Assembly (NCBI RefSeq): GCF_963853765.1
Contig: NC_088854.1
Span: 59,024,001 to 59,088,000, forward strand
Direction of reading: 5' to 3'
DNA length: 64,000 bases
From: Magallana gigas
Taxonomy: Eukaryota
Made by a program: the position numbers and the translations under genes. The notes under the pieces are model-generated. The model had not been told where the DNA came from, did not search any database, and saw only the letters and a list, made by a program, of their open reading frames with translations. This document shows, piece after piece, positions 1 to 11,924 of this stretch; position 1 is the first letter of the stretch, and every line of letters starts with the position of its first letter.

Positions 1-346
1 GGCCCAGTGACCCGCTGTAAGCCTTGAACCTCCGTCTGTGAGTTATAACGGAGGCAGGGGATCGTTGGTTACGGTGCTGCACGGCAGAAATCTATGTCTC
101 CCTGATTTCTGGAATTCTGTTGAATCAGACGTCACTTCTGATGATGAGAATGATGCATTAAAAGCATATGTTTGTCATTATTCAAAAGTAATGGAGAATG
201 GCATCTTCATTCCTGCCTCCTTGTTTACAACTTATTTCCCTTCACGTACCATGATCTAGCTGAAGTCCTGGTTTAACGCGTCTTGTTCATGCAGAGCACA
301 AGGGGTATAGAATAAAAAGGCAAAGTAATCTATAATTCTGTGATAT

Positions 347-349
<3 letters not shown>

Positions 350-409
<60 letters not shown>
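350..409. repeat. (TC/CT)n microsatellite, about 30 units
   Basis: Uninterrupted ctct run from 350 to 409. Confidence 0.98.
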
Positions 410-411
<2 letters not shown>

Positions 412-3355
412 GCTTTAAAATTATTCTCAAAAGTAGATGGGGAAATGAAATAGCGCAAATACCCATTTGGTTTAGTCGTACAATACAATTTCAAATTTTT
501 TGTTCATTAAATATATTTGATAATGTTAAAATACAAGTTTTTACAAAAAGGACAATTTCTAAATATTATATTTCTTTTTGAATATTTATTAAATTATAAG
601 AAAAAAAATAAATCCTAAAGTTTTGATAGTATCGAACCCAAAATTCTATGTCTGGTGCTCTTTTTTTTTTTTTTTTTTATCTTTTATTGATATTCAACAC
701 AATACACACTGTACATATCAATTCTTAAAAACAGCAATGTCTAATAAACAAATGAATTTATATAAAAGGACAAGTATTAAAAAATAAATATCAACACACC
801 CTCCGTTTCTTTAACTAGAGGATTTCTGTTCAAAAATAATTTGGAGAAAATATTTCTTCTGTTTTCCTTGATACACAATTGTATGTCTGGTGCTCTAACC
901 ACTGATCCATTTCAGTCACAACAAAGTGCGGTGTTTAAATGCTATACATGCGACTTTGGCCACGAATCTATGGAATTGTATTATTTTCCAAAAACGTTCA
1001 ATAGTTGATATAAAAATGATATTTTTAAAGGATAGTGTGTCATCTCTCCACGTTTTTGTTAATTGGAATCGGTTTGTTTTCCAGTATACATTATTTAGAC
1101 TATGACAAAAATATGGAGCTCAGACCCACTCTATCAAAGAAAACGCATTGAAGGTTAACAATTAAATGACATTGCATGGGGGTTTTGACATGCATATGCT
1201 AGATTAAAGCAACATATCCATAGTACTTAACATATCTCAGGGTTACAGATCGATGTTATGTTCAACCGTTTTTAATAATTTAAAAAAGAAATCATATTTG
1301 TTGATATTTCAATTCTGCAGTATCTTATCTATCCTCATATAAATATTTTACACGCCTTATTCATCCATCTTCTTTGTTTCATTGCAAAGAGTTTCTATTA
1401 TGGCAATTGTCCATGGCACATGAACCATTATAGTAAGCAGGGTAATTGGATGTGCAATGTCAATGTAATCACTATATGATAAAATAAGTTGTAGATACTA
1501 TTTGAGAGATTTAGATATTGTACTTCTTGTAATTACACTATAGAGAGTACTCAGTAGATTATCTTTTGATTGTAAAATTCTCCTGAACCAAGACAGTTTC
1601 AGTGATTTGATGTAGGAATCTAAATGTACATGTACCATTTGGAGCCCCCCCCCCCCTACCCCCACCAGTACTAGTATACTTTTGAATTAATAATGCTCTT
1701 GGTATTTTATCATTTTTTCCAAATGAATTGGAAAAAGGTTTTTTTCCAGTTGTTTTAACCACTCTTTACTTGGTGTAGGCAACGTTATGAAAAGATGTGT
1801 CAATTTAGGTAGTGATATTGACTTTATAACAGTTATCTTTCCTAAGGGAGTTAACTGATTATTGTAGGCATATTTTTGTACAAGCCAATAATGTAATTTT
1901 GCTTCTAATGAATCGTATAGATAGCTGTTTCCTCAAAATAGGACCGAGAGAAAGTGCTAACAAAAATCTTTTTTGTTTTAAGTTTAGTACAAGTTATACA
2001 ATGATTCCGATATAGAAATAGCAGCTAATATTGCTTTAACGGTCACGTCTATGAAGGATCTTCTATAAATAACTAATTACATAAATTAATGCCCATTATA
2101 CATCGTGCTAAATATATTATGCAATGCATAAACCTAACATGCATACAATCATGCATACATATATACTAATACACATGAACAATAGAATACACAAAAAAAA
2201 GCATATCAATTTTGTTTCATAAAATTAGTATACACATTAAAATTTTTAGACATGAAACAATTACAACGTCAGTGAACTTTTTCCAGTAAACCCATTAGAT
2301 GATGTTTTATTTAAATGGTATCAAAAGCTAGAGCAAATACTTCGGAAAACAGGATAACAAATGAATTATATTTTCTGGAATTAAATTTTACTTTTCACAA
2401 TACATATTCATAGGAATTGATTGAGATTAAATACATGTAGTGTATTATTGTATATCCCAAAATCAACTTATATGATTATTTTCTGTCAATTTTTTTATTC
2501 CAAGCTATAATATTGCAATAATGAATAAATAAATGAAAAAGTCACACATTTTTACATTCTTTATTAATTAGAGGAGAAATCATACGTCGGGCCAACAAAA
2601 TATGCACGGAATTAAATTTAGATACGTTGATTAGTGACTTGTCATATCAATATCTTATAATTAAGAATTTTTTTAAAAGGTTGTATAGTTACACAGTCTC
2701 GTGTTCACAATGACTGCTTATTTACGGTACACCAACGATCGGATAAGGGACACCACTCTTACTAGTTACCTGATAAAAAAGAACAATCGTCACGGTAGTT
2801 TATTTTGAATATAATTTTTACATTATCATAATAAAAAATGTAACTCTAGACCGGGGGGGGGGGGGTACGACTTGGTCACAAATGGCTGTGTTTGATTAAA
2901 AAAAATTGTGTCAAATGCAAAATAAAAGGAGAAAACGCGCGTTTAATCGATCAAAGACAGATAGAGCACGTGTAGTGTTCAGGAGGAAGTAAATGTTGTA
3001 TCATCTCTACACAAACAGGAAATAAGAGAGAATGATCAATTCTCCATTCCCCCTGTCTTTGTTTAACTTCCTGAGTAATCGACAATGACGAGGACATAAT
3101 GTTTCCCATTTAAGGGTTCTAGTTAAATGGCGACTGTTATAAACCACTTCAAATTCAAAAAGGGGATATATACCAGAGAGGAGACTTATCTAATAAGCTT
3201 ACACGTGATAACAATGCAAGGGTATGGAGGTTAGCGGAGCAGTTACCTGTACACGGGGAGGGAGTGCAGTCAGTGGGAAAGCCGTCTTCACCTGGGGGGA
3301 CAACTTACAGAACTTGTTTGCATTCCATGGTCGCTAGATCGGACTACTCCTAAAC

Positions 3356-6300
3356 ATGGCCTCTATCTCTGTACTAGCGGGATCCGTTCTGCTTCACCTT
3401 GTACTGTCCGTAGGGATTCTCCGTGGAGAGGACACGGTCCCGGCTTGTGACAGGTAGGTACTATGACCTTTAGTTCCCCGGGGCGGCATTATTTTTCTTC
3501 ATCTTATAGGATAGCTATTTTGGATCATAACCTTCTGAATAACACGACTTTCTGTACGGTTAATTAAAACACATGTGCAAATTTATACAGTTTTCGTCAG
3601 CCCCAAAAATATTTATTGCAACTTCATTGTATGTTTTGCTGTATTTCAAAAGTATATGGTTCAAATATGCACAATTTTCCGCTGCACAGTAGATGATAAG
3701 ATAAATTGCCTACGAATTAAAAAAAAAAGTAGTTAACCTTATAGATAGCTTCACACATTGCATAGATTGTGAGAAAAAAATCATCATAAATTTGCATAGA
3801 CGTTAAACATTGAATTTATTATTCTATTTGCAAGCCCAATTTACTGTCAGGGGGACCTTCTGGATATAATACAGCGGATGAGGCTGTTCAATGACTCCAA
3901 AACCTTCGTGGATATGAGTCTTAAGCAGTCTCCAGGTAGTGACACAAAAAGCTCGTTTTGTTTCATGTTGAAGAAAAATTTTCAACAGCCAAAGTATAAA
4001 CTTTTATGTCCTTCTATTTCAGAGGAAGTCTTGTCTGCTTTTAACAACCTTTCTAAACCAATCTCCGAGGCGCAGGGTCGGAAGTTTGTGGGTGACCACT
4101 TTTCCGGTCCTGGGGATGAATTCCAACCATGGAAACCGACCGATTTGCCGCGCATGTACGTGTTTATAAAATCCTGTGCCTGTCTTTTTTTAATTAACTG
4201 CAATAGCAAGTGCTTTGTAATTAATCGAAAATCATGTAAATACACGAACTTTTTCACTTGTACTTCATAATATAAGCAGATATGCATGTATATCTACACA
4301 ATGCAAAGTTATGATAATATGCGGAATAATAAGGAGATCAACTTGTCATTGTGCAGGCCTACCATCATGAATCACATCAAGGATCCCTCACTGAGGGGCT
4401 TTGCCTGGGACCTCTGTCGGACTTGGAAAGACTTGGGTCGAAAAGTGGGTGTTATTCCCTGAATTAATCCGTGATAATCCCAGAATTAATCTACTCAATA
4501 TAATTTTTTTAACGATTTTTTTTCATTGAAGTGTCACAATATCTCCATCAGTATCCGTAGGCTGCACTGCCCAAAGTTTGGTTCTATGATCTCGTTTTAG
4601 ATCAAAATTGATGTGAAATTGAATCCAGATCGCTACTCCCTGGTGTATCTACCTAACCCATTCATTGTCCCCGGGGGAAGATTTAGAGAAACCTATTACT
4701 GGTATGTTGCGATTAACATATCAATAGTATTGATTTAAAATGATTTTAAAACATTAAACCACACACTTAAAATTCATTGTAACAGCTTCTTAAGTAGCTA
4801 AAAATGTTTTGATGCTGTCTTTGGTATACGGCAGGGATACTTACTGGGTGGTGAAGGGTCTCCTGTTGTGTGAAATGACAGACACCGTGAAGGGCATGCT
4901 GGAAAACTTTGCCTTTATGATAGAGAGGTCAGGAACTCGTTAAGATTTAAACTCAAGTAATGAAAAAGTGCTCTACAAATAGACATGTACAGATCTCGTT
5001 GAAAAAGATGGTATGGAAAACTACTAGTGTTGTAAAAGATTCCCAATTGCGTTTCACAGGTTTGGCTTCATTCCGAATGGCGGCCGTGTATACTACAGTC
5101 GGCGCTCGCAGCCTCCTTTCTTTATTCCAATGATGTACGACTATTACAAGGCCACCAAGAATCTGACCTTCGTGCAGAGTCATCTACCAGCCATGGAGGC
5201 AGAGTACGCTTTCTGGATGACCAATCGAAGCGTCAGCGTACAGAGGGGTGACGTCACACATATACTCAACAGATACGCATCCAGCGTCAACTCTCCTAGG
5301 TGACCATATTCTAAACGAACAAAGCTGATATTAATTCTTTCTTTATTCGAAGAGTTTACAACTTAAGTTAATTTTAAAACTATACAGAGCTTAGACTATT
5401 TTACATTTCTTTCGAAATATTTACAACTGAAGTTATTATATAACTAAATGATTTCTTTATTAGACCCGAGTCCTATTCTGAAGATCTAAAAACTGCCTCA
5501 AGTACAAACAGTAATTACGAATTTTCATTATTTTTTAAAGCTGATTTTGGACAAAGTATTAATTAACATTTACTTATCTGTCCAGGTATGCTGTAATCAA
5601 TAAAGTTTTACAAAATGGTTTTAGATTCCAGCGCCAGACGACAGTTGTATCAGAACCTCGTGTCTGCCGCCGAATCAGGATGGGATTTCTCCTCTCGCTG
5701 GTTCTCGCGAGATCCTGGGACAAATCTCACCCTTGACACCACGAGGACAACTAATATTTTACCTGTCGATCTGAACAGTGTCCTTTGCATGAATGAACAC
5801 ATCTTATCGGAACTTTTCAACCTGACAGGTATCATATACAGAAATTACAGTTTACATGTACAATATATTTGGTTTGCGTTTAGCAATATGATTGAATGAA
5901 AAATTCCTTTTGAAAAAGCTAACATCGAAAGACACCCTACACTTTACTTTTAGTAATCAAATTCAAGCCGAGTTGTACCAATTGCACCTGTAATACAGTC
6001 TTTTTCTTACCTTTCATGACTTTGCTTGCCATTGCTCATAAATTAAAAGTGAATTCTACGTTTAATTAAACCATTTATAAAGTAAACACTTTCTGTTTTG
6101 TAAAAATTCTTTATCATTTCCAGGCAATCAAGAAAAAGGGAAAAACTATTCCAAAAACTGGCAAAGACGACAGACGGCGATTTTTAACGTGCTCTGGAAC
6201 CCCACGAAAAGGGTGTGGCAAGACCTGGACATTGCGGCCAATTCTCACAGGGACTACTTTTATGCCTCCAACATTCTCCCTCTGTTTGCATCATGCACAG

Positions 6301-9300
6301 GAAAAAATGAAACAAAAACGGAGAACTCTGTTTTGACCTATTTACAGGTAAGAGTATAACCATTGTACTATCTTACCTGTCTATAACCATTGTAACATCT
6401 TACCTGTCTATAACCATTGCAACAGCTTACCTGTCTATAACCATTGTAACAGCTTATAGTCTTTAACCATTGTAACAGCTTACCTGTCTATAACCATTGT
6501 AACAGTTTACCTGTCTATAACCATTGTAACAGTTTACCTGTCTATAACCATTGTACTATCTTACCTGTCTATAACCATTGTAACAGCTTACCTGTCTATA
6601 ACCATTGTAACAGCTTACCTGTCTGTAACCATTGTAACAGCTTACCTGTCTATAACCATTGTAACAGTTTACCTGTCTATAACCATTGTACTATCTTACC
6701 TGTCTATAACCATTGTAACAGCTTACCTGTCTATAACCATTGTAACAGCTTACCTGTCTATAACCATTGTAACAGTTTACCTGTCTATAACCATTGTAAC
6801 AGTTTACCTGTCTATAACCATTGTAACATCTTACCTGTCTGTAACCATTGTAACAGCTTATAGTCTTTAACCATTGTAACAGCTTACCTGTCTGTAACCA
6901 TTGTAACAGCTTATATTCTTAACCAATGTAACCAGCCTACCTGTCTTTAACCATTGTAACAGCTTATACATGTACCTGTCTTTAACCATTCTAACAGCTT
7001 ACCTGTCTATAACCATTAACAGCTTACCTGTTATAACCATTGTAACAGCTTACCTGTCTTTAAACCATTGTAACAGCTTAACTGTCATTAACCATTGTAA
7101 CAGCGTATAGTCTTAACCATTGTACCCTGCCTACCTGTCTTTAACCATTGTAACAGCTTATACATGTACCTGTCTTCTTTAACCATTGTAACAGCTTATA
7201 CATGTACCTGTTTTTAACCATTATAACAGCTAACCGGACTATAACCATTGTAACAGCTTGCCTGTCTTTAGCCATTCTAACAGCTTACCTGTCTTTAACC
7301 ATTCTAACAACTTACCTGCCTTTAACCATTCTAACAGCTTACCTGTCTATAACCATTAACAGCTTACCTGTTATAACCATTGTAACAGCTTACCTGTCTA
7401 TAACCATAGTAACAGCCTACCTGTCTTTAACCATAGTAACAGCTTACATGTCTATAACCATTTTAACCATCTTACCTGTCTATAACCATAGTAACAGCTT
7501 ACCTGTCTTTAACCATCTGCTCTTCAAGCTAGATTGTGTTTATGTCTACCCTTCTGTTCTGACCATTAAGATTGTCAACTGTTTCTTATCCTGTTCCTCA
7601 ACGTCTGACCTATATTCTGACCTTTTAACGATTTGACTTGTTCTGCAATTAAGAGAGTCATTGATACCCTACCTCCCTTTCATTTTCCCTTTGATTTCAC
7701 AACGTAAGCTTGACTTCCAAGTGAGACTGTAATTGTTTTCTTTAAATACTGTAGTTTGTATAAGAGTAGGGCTGTAAAAGTGAGACCGTATGCTTGCTGT
7801 ACGTGTGGTACTGTAAATTAATCTACGAGTAAGGCTGTAACTCGTTTTTTCTTTTAAGTAAAAAAGTGTCCTCTATATGTAAGAACCAAAGAATACACCC
7901 ATCTCTTTATCTTTGTCTATTCTTAGCCCTTTGTAGTACGTCGTTTTAAATGTTGCTTAAACCTTAATGAACTCGAAATATGTCACGAAAAATAAGCTTG
8001 AAAAGTGTAAGAGAATATCTTACGCTATATACACTGTGATTATAGAGATCAGACGTGTCCTTTTATGCATGTAGGAGAGCTATTGAGAGGAACAGTTAAC
8101 AATATTGTCCTGGTGGTATCACATCAACTTTTTTTGTCAAAAGGATTTGAATAAAGACTACAAGCAAACAGGAAATAATAATATATTTTAAATGGTTCTA
8201 AAATGCGTTTACAGGGATATAGACATAATTGAGCTGAAACATTTTCAAATTCTATTTTTTTTTATTATCTAGAATGGTCAATATAGATATTTTTTAATAA
8301 TGATAAATAATAGTGTTATATATTCGTCAAAATTTGAAAGTCAAATACTTAGTATTGAGTTAAAAGCAAGATACGAAGTTCGAAAAACTTTAGTATGTAA
8401 ACAAAGCTCGAGTCTTGTTATTGTTTAGATGTGTTGTATTGCGTGGTTTAAGTTTCAATGAAATGGTGCTATGATCATTTGTTGATAATACCGGTATTAT
8501 TTATGAACGCATTGAATCAGTTTAACTTGTCACGGTTGTAAAATTAATAAACTCGAGCTTTATTTACATGACAATGATTTTGTACGTCAGTATCTTGCCT
8601 GAAACTTGGTTTCTAACATTCAATTTGCTGTCGATCATTCCAAATGCACAGGTAAACATAATATTTTGATCTTATATCGTATCTAGGTTCCTTGAAACAA
8701 AAGAGATTGTGATTTTGGTTGTTCATATGCAGTCAAATTGTACTTTTAAATAATGTCAATATAGGGGCCCTGGACCGAGCCCTGTAAAGCATGATATACT
8801 AACTGAAACAACTTTGTACGTCATCTGACGAAGCCAGGCATTCACAAAGTTACCCGAGGTTATAGAGATCACGTGGTGATTTATAATATTCAATAGGTCA
8901 AAATATACCGTTTACAACAAAGAACACGAATTCAAGAAGAAGCAGATTTTTTCTCTCTTAACCACGAGCGCACGTTTGTCTATTAATCACCTTTTAATTC
9001 AAGCTTACATATATATAAATATAATAACTACCATTAATCTGACGATGTATTAAGTCTGTGAAAACTGGGCGCACTTGCCAGTATATGGATATTAAAAAGG
9101 TAATGACCCCTTCCTTTGAAAATCACTTTGTACTTTGTAAATATGAAATCCTTCAATAAAAAAAAATATGCCAATTTTCAAAATTTATTTGTCGCAATTT
9201 TCAGATGTCCTTAAGTGTAGTTATTTGTTATAATTTAAGGAATAAGGAATCATTCTTTGAGTATCATGATTATGAGATGATAATTTCGGTTGGAGCGTCA

Positions 9301-10927
9301 AGTCCAATAAAGCCCGAAGGGCTGTATGATAGATTTGACCACGCTCCGACCGAAATTATCACCCCATAATATTCAAAGAATGATTCCTTATTACTCATAT
9401 TTATATTACTTCCAATTTGTACACTAATAAACAAAAAATATTTTTTAGTGTAGCACATGCTATGTATTACTGCGCGGTGCAGCCAATTCCGTTTTCCGGT
9501 TATGCTAAGAGACACGCCTATTTTGTGTCACTCATGTTTTATGAAGATATTGGGTTTTAGAGTTCAAAATTGATTCGTAATTTAATTACAGACAAAGACA
9601 GTTGAAAATGTTTATATAAAACAATTATCCATGTATTTTCAACAACAAAAAACAGCGAATTAAAAAGTTTACCGGGATATGAATTTGGTTGGTCACGTGA
9701 TCAAATCCTGTGAAGCCCAAAGGACGCTCAGAAGAGTTGTTTACCATCATCGAAGTGTAATGTTCATATATATTCAAATATTTCATATTTCCTTAGAATT
9801 TAGGAGTTTTGCAATTTGCGGGGGGTTTTCCAACCTCGCTAGAAACGACTGGCCAGCAGTGGGATTTGCCCAATGGATGGCCACCATTACAACACATGGC
9901 TATCTGGGGAATGTCTCAAAGTCAGAATCAACAGTTAAAGGCCGAGGCATTTTCTCTAGCCAATAAATCGATTGTTAGCAATTGGATAGCGTGGAATCGC
10001 AGCAGAAACATGTATGAGAAGGTCTGTATCATCTTTTACTATAATTCGGGAACAAGACAGTTTTACAATAGCCCATATATTTTGTAATACATCTATTGAA
10101 CGTAAATTTTAGTACTCAACTAATATCTCGGGGGAAGGAGGCAGTGGCGGTGAATACGGAGTACAGGTAAGAATACAGAGTACAGGTAAGAGATATACTT
10201 CGTACACTGCAATCTTAGTACAATAATGTCCGTACTACCAACCAGCTACAAACAAGTACATGTATAACTAGAAATTACAATATATAGTGTACATGTACTG
10301 TAATCTTAAAAAAATAATGTCCATGCTACCAACCAGTTACGAAAAACTATAACAAGAAATACCAACATTCTGTCATGATTTATTAATTTCAACTGTACAT
10401 AACAAACGTTTTTCGTCAAACATTCTGTCCCGACGGTGTCCCGACTGTGACAAAGTTTCAAAGTTTGAACATTGACTTATATCATTGTTATCAAGAGGAT
10501 TCAAAGAAAATGATACATCAAACATACAGAATGATATATTATTAATATATCATGCAACTATTCAATTTTGTACATGTAATATTTTCAGCACTACATGTAA
10601 ATACTAACTAAGAATATCCAATTTTTCCACTTATTACTTAAACCGTAAACTCATATTAATCGTGATTCTATAACATTATGTCTTTATTTGTTAGATGGAT
10701 CAATGTTATACTTTTACACGTTGTAGTGTGATTGTCTTTAATTGCAGGAGGGGTTTGGGTGGTCCAATGGAGTCGTGTTAGAACTACTAAGTATGTACGG
10801 AGATAGGTTATCCGTCAGCCCGCAGTGTCATCATACGTCATCCGCCCACGCCGCCTCCAGAACGAGGCTGTTCTACCATATATCGCCACTTGTTCTTTGT
10901 TTTGTTTGTTTGCTGTTTTATTTATAG
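3356..10927 (+). CDS. TREH: Alpha,alpha-trehalase (glycoside hydrolase family 37), 13 coding exons, about 595 aa, with signal peptide and hydrophobic C-terminus
   Basis: GT-AG exons with consistent phases: 3356-3453, 3835-3935, 4023-4155, 4357-4444, 4601-4701, 4835-4927, 5060-5299, 5464-5510, 5625-5828, 6124-6347, 9797-10021, 10113-10166, 10748-10927 (1788 nt). Motifs: [111 protein letters not shown]. Confidence 0.95.
6355..7516 (+). repeat. 27-bp minisatellite (consensus TATAACCATTGTAACAGCTTACCTGTC), about 40 units, in trehalase intron 10
   Basis: Visible tandem array starting 7 nt after the exon 10 donor; units drift toward the 3' end, with ACATGT insertions. Confidence 0.95.
9236..9398 (+). 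mobile_element. Palindromic (foldback) MITE-like repeat, about 160 bp
   Basis: Arms ATAAGGAATCATTCTTTGA...GATAATTTCGGT and ACCGAAATTATC...TCAAAGAATGATTCCTTAT around a central AAAGCCCGAAGGGCT hairpin; a second copy lies in reverse orientation at 35275-35436. Confidence 0.8.
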
Positions 10928-10960
10928 TTTTATTAATGACACCGTGTTCTGTATTTAAAT

Positions 10961-11105
10961 GATAACAGAAATATGACTGCCCTTTTCATTAAAAAACATG
11001 ATTATTAGACATATCAAAACATTTCTGTATTTATATGATAACAGAAATATGACTGCCCTTTCATTAATAAAATATAATTATTAGACATATCAAAACATTT
11101 CTGTA
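10961..11105 (+). repeat. Two-copy tandem duplication (about 76 bp unit) in the trehalase 3' UTR region
   Basis: GATAACAGAAATATGACTGCCCTTT...TTAGACATATCAAAACATTTCTGTA occurs at 10961 and 11037. Confidence 0.85.
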
Positions 11106-11737
11106 GTATGAAATAAAATGTATTGAAAGTGATGATTTTAACAGTTTGTGTGTTATAGTATGTGACATTTAGAATTGCAATAATATCCATGACAACAATT
11201 CTGACCTAAAGGTATATGAAAGAATCGAAATTGATAACTCTATATTCTGTTTGCACTGTTAATCTTATCAGTTAGGAAACTTCCAAACTGTCTAGGGTCA
11301 TGCTTTTATTTGCAGGCAAGTCAGTAAAATTACGATTTTTCCCCAATATATATTCCTTAACATGGACATTTTTGATATTTGCTTAAGCTCTCTTCCACCC
11401 TTACTTGTTTAACATACTTCTTTTCTCTTAAATACATTTTTGGCTAAACATATCCTAGATTACTTTTAAGAAATGGGCTCCAATAACATTTTTGTCTTGA
11501 GTAAGAAGTAAAATTCCATTAATATTTATCTGTTGCTGAAATACTACCACAAAGCTGATGAATCTAAGGCTACTACCGGTATATATTTTGCTAGAAAGAC
11601 GATATCAACAAATAAGCAGTATTAAGATGTTACATGTATGTGATGTAACAAGCTGCGACATTTAAAAAACACTTTAATAAAAGAATCAATAATCGGAAAT
11701 GAGGAAATAAGGATCGGAATGTTATCTTAGATAAACA

Positions 11738-11919
11738 CATGCACGGATTTATCGGGGGGGGGGGGGGGGGGGGGCTGCTGTAAAAATCAAACTTATTAAA
11801 TTTTTATAGCGAAATAACTGAAAATATATCTGGACCCCCCCCCCCCCCCACTTTCCCGGCATACACAAACATCCCTCGAGCCCCTCCCCCTTCTCGGAAA
11901 ATGTTTGGTTTCGCGCATG
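11738..11919. mobile_element. Degenerate short non-autonomous element with poly-G / poly-C internal tracts
   Basis: Imperfect terminal inverted repeats CATGCACGGA / TCGCGCATG flanking G-run and C-run arms. Confidence 0.4.
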
Positions 11920-11924
11920 AAACA

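Noticed and set aside
38-259. 73-aa ORF at the window start
   Set aside because: GTG start, no motifs and no splice support.
7202-7636. 144-aa hydrophobic ORF (LTIVTAYLS repeats)
   Set aside because: It is the translation of the 27-bp minisatellite (9 codons per unit) inside trehalase intron 10.
8395-8570. Inverted repeat ATGTAAACAAAGCTCGAG / CTCGAGCTTTATTTACAT in trehalase intron 10
   Set aside because: Probably the internal part of an eroded TTAA-type MITE related to 46294-46470; ends could not be defined.
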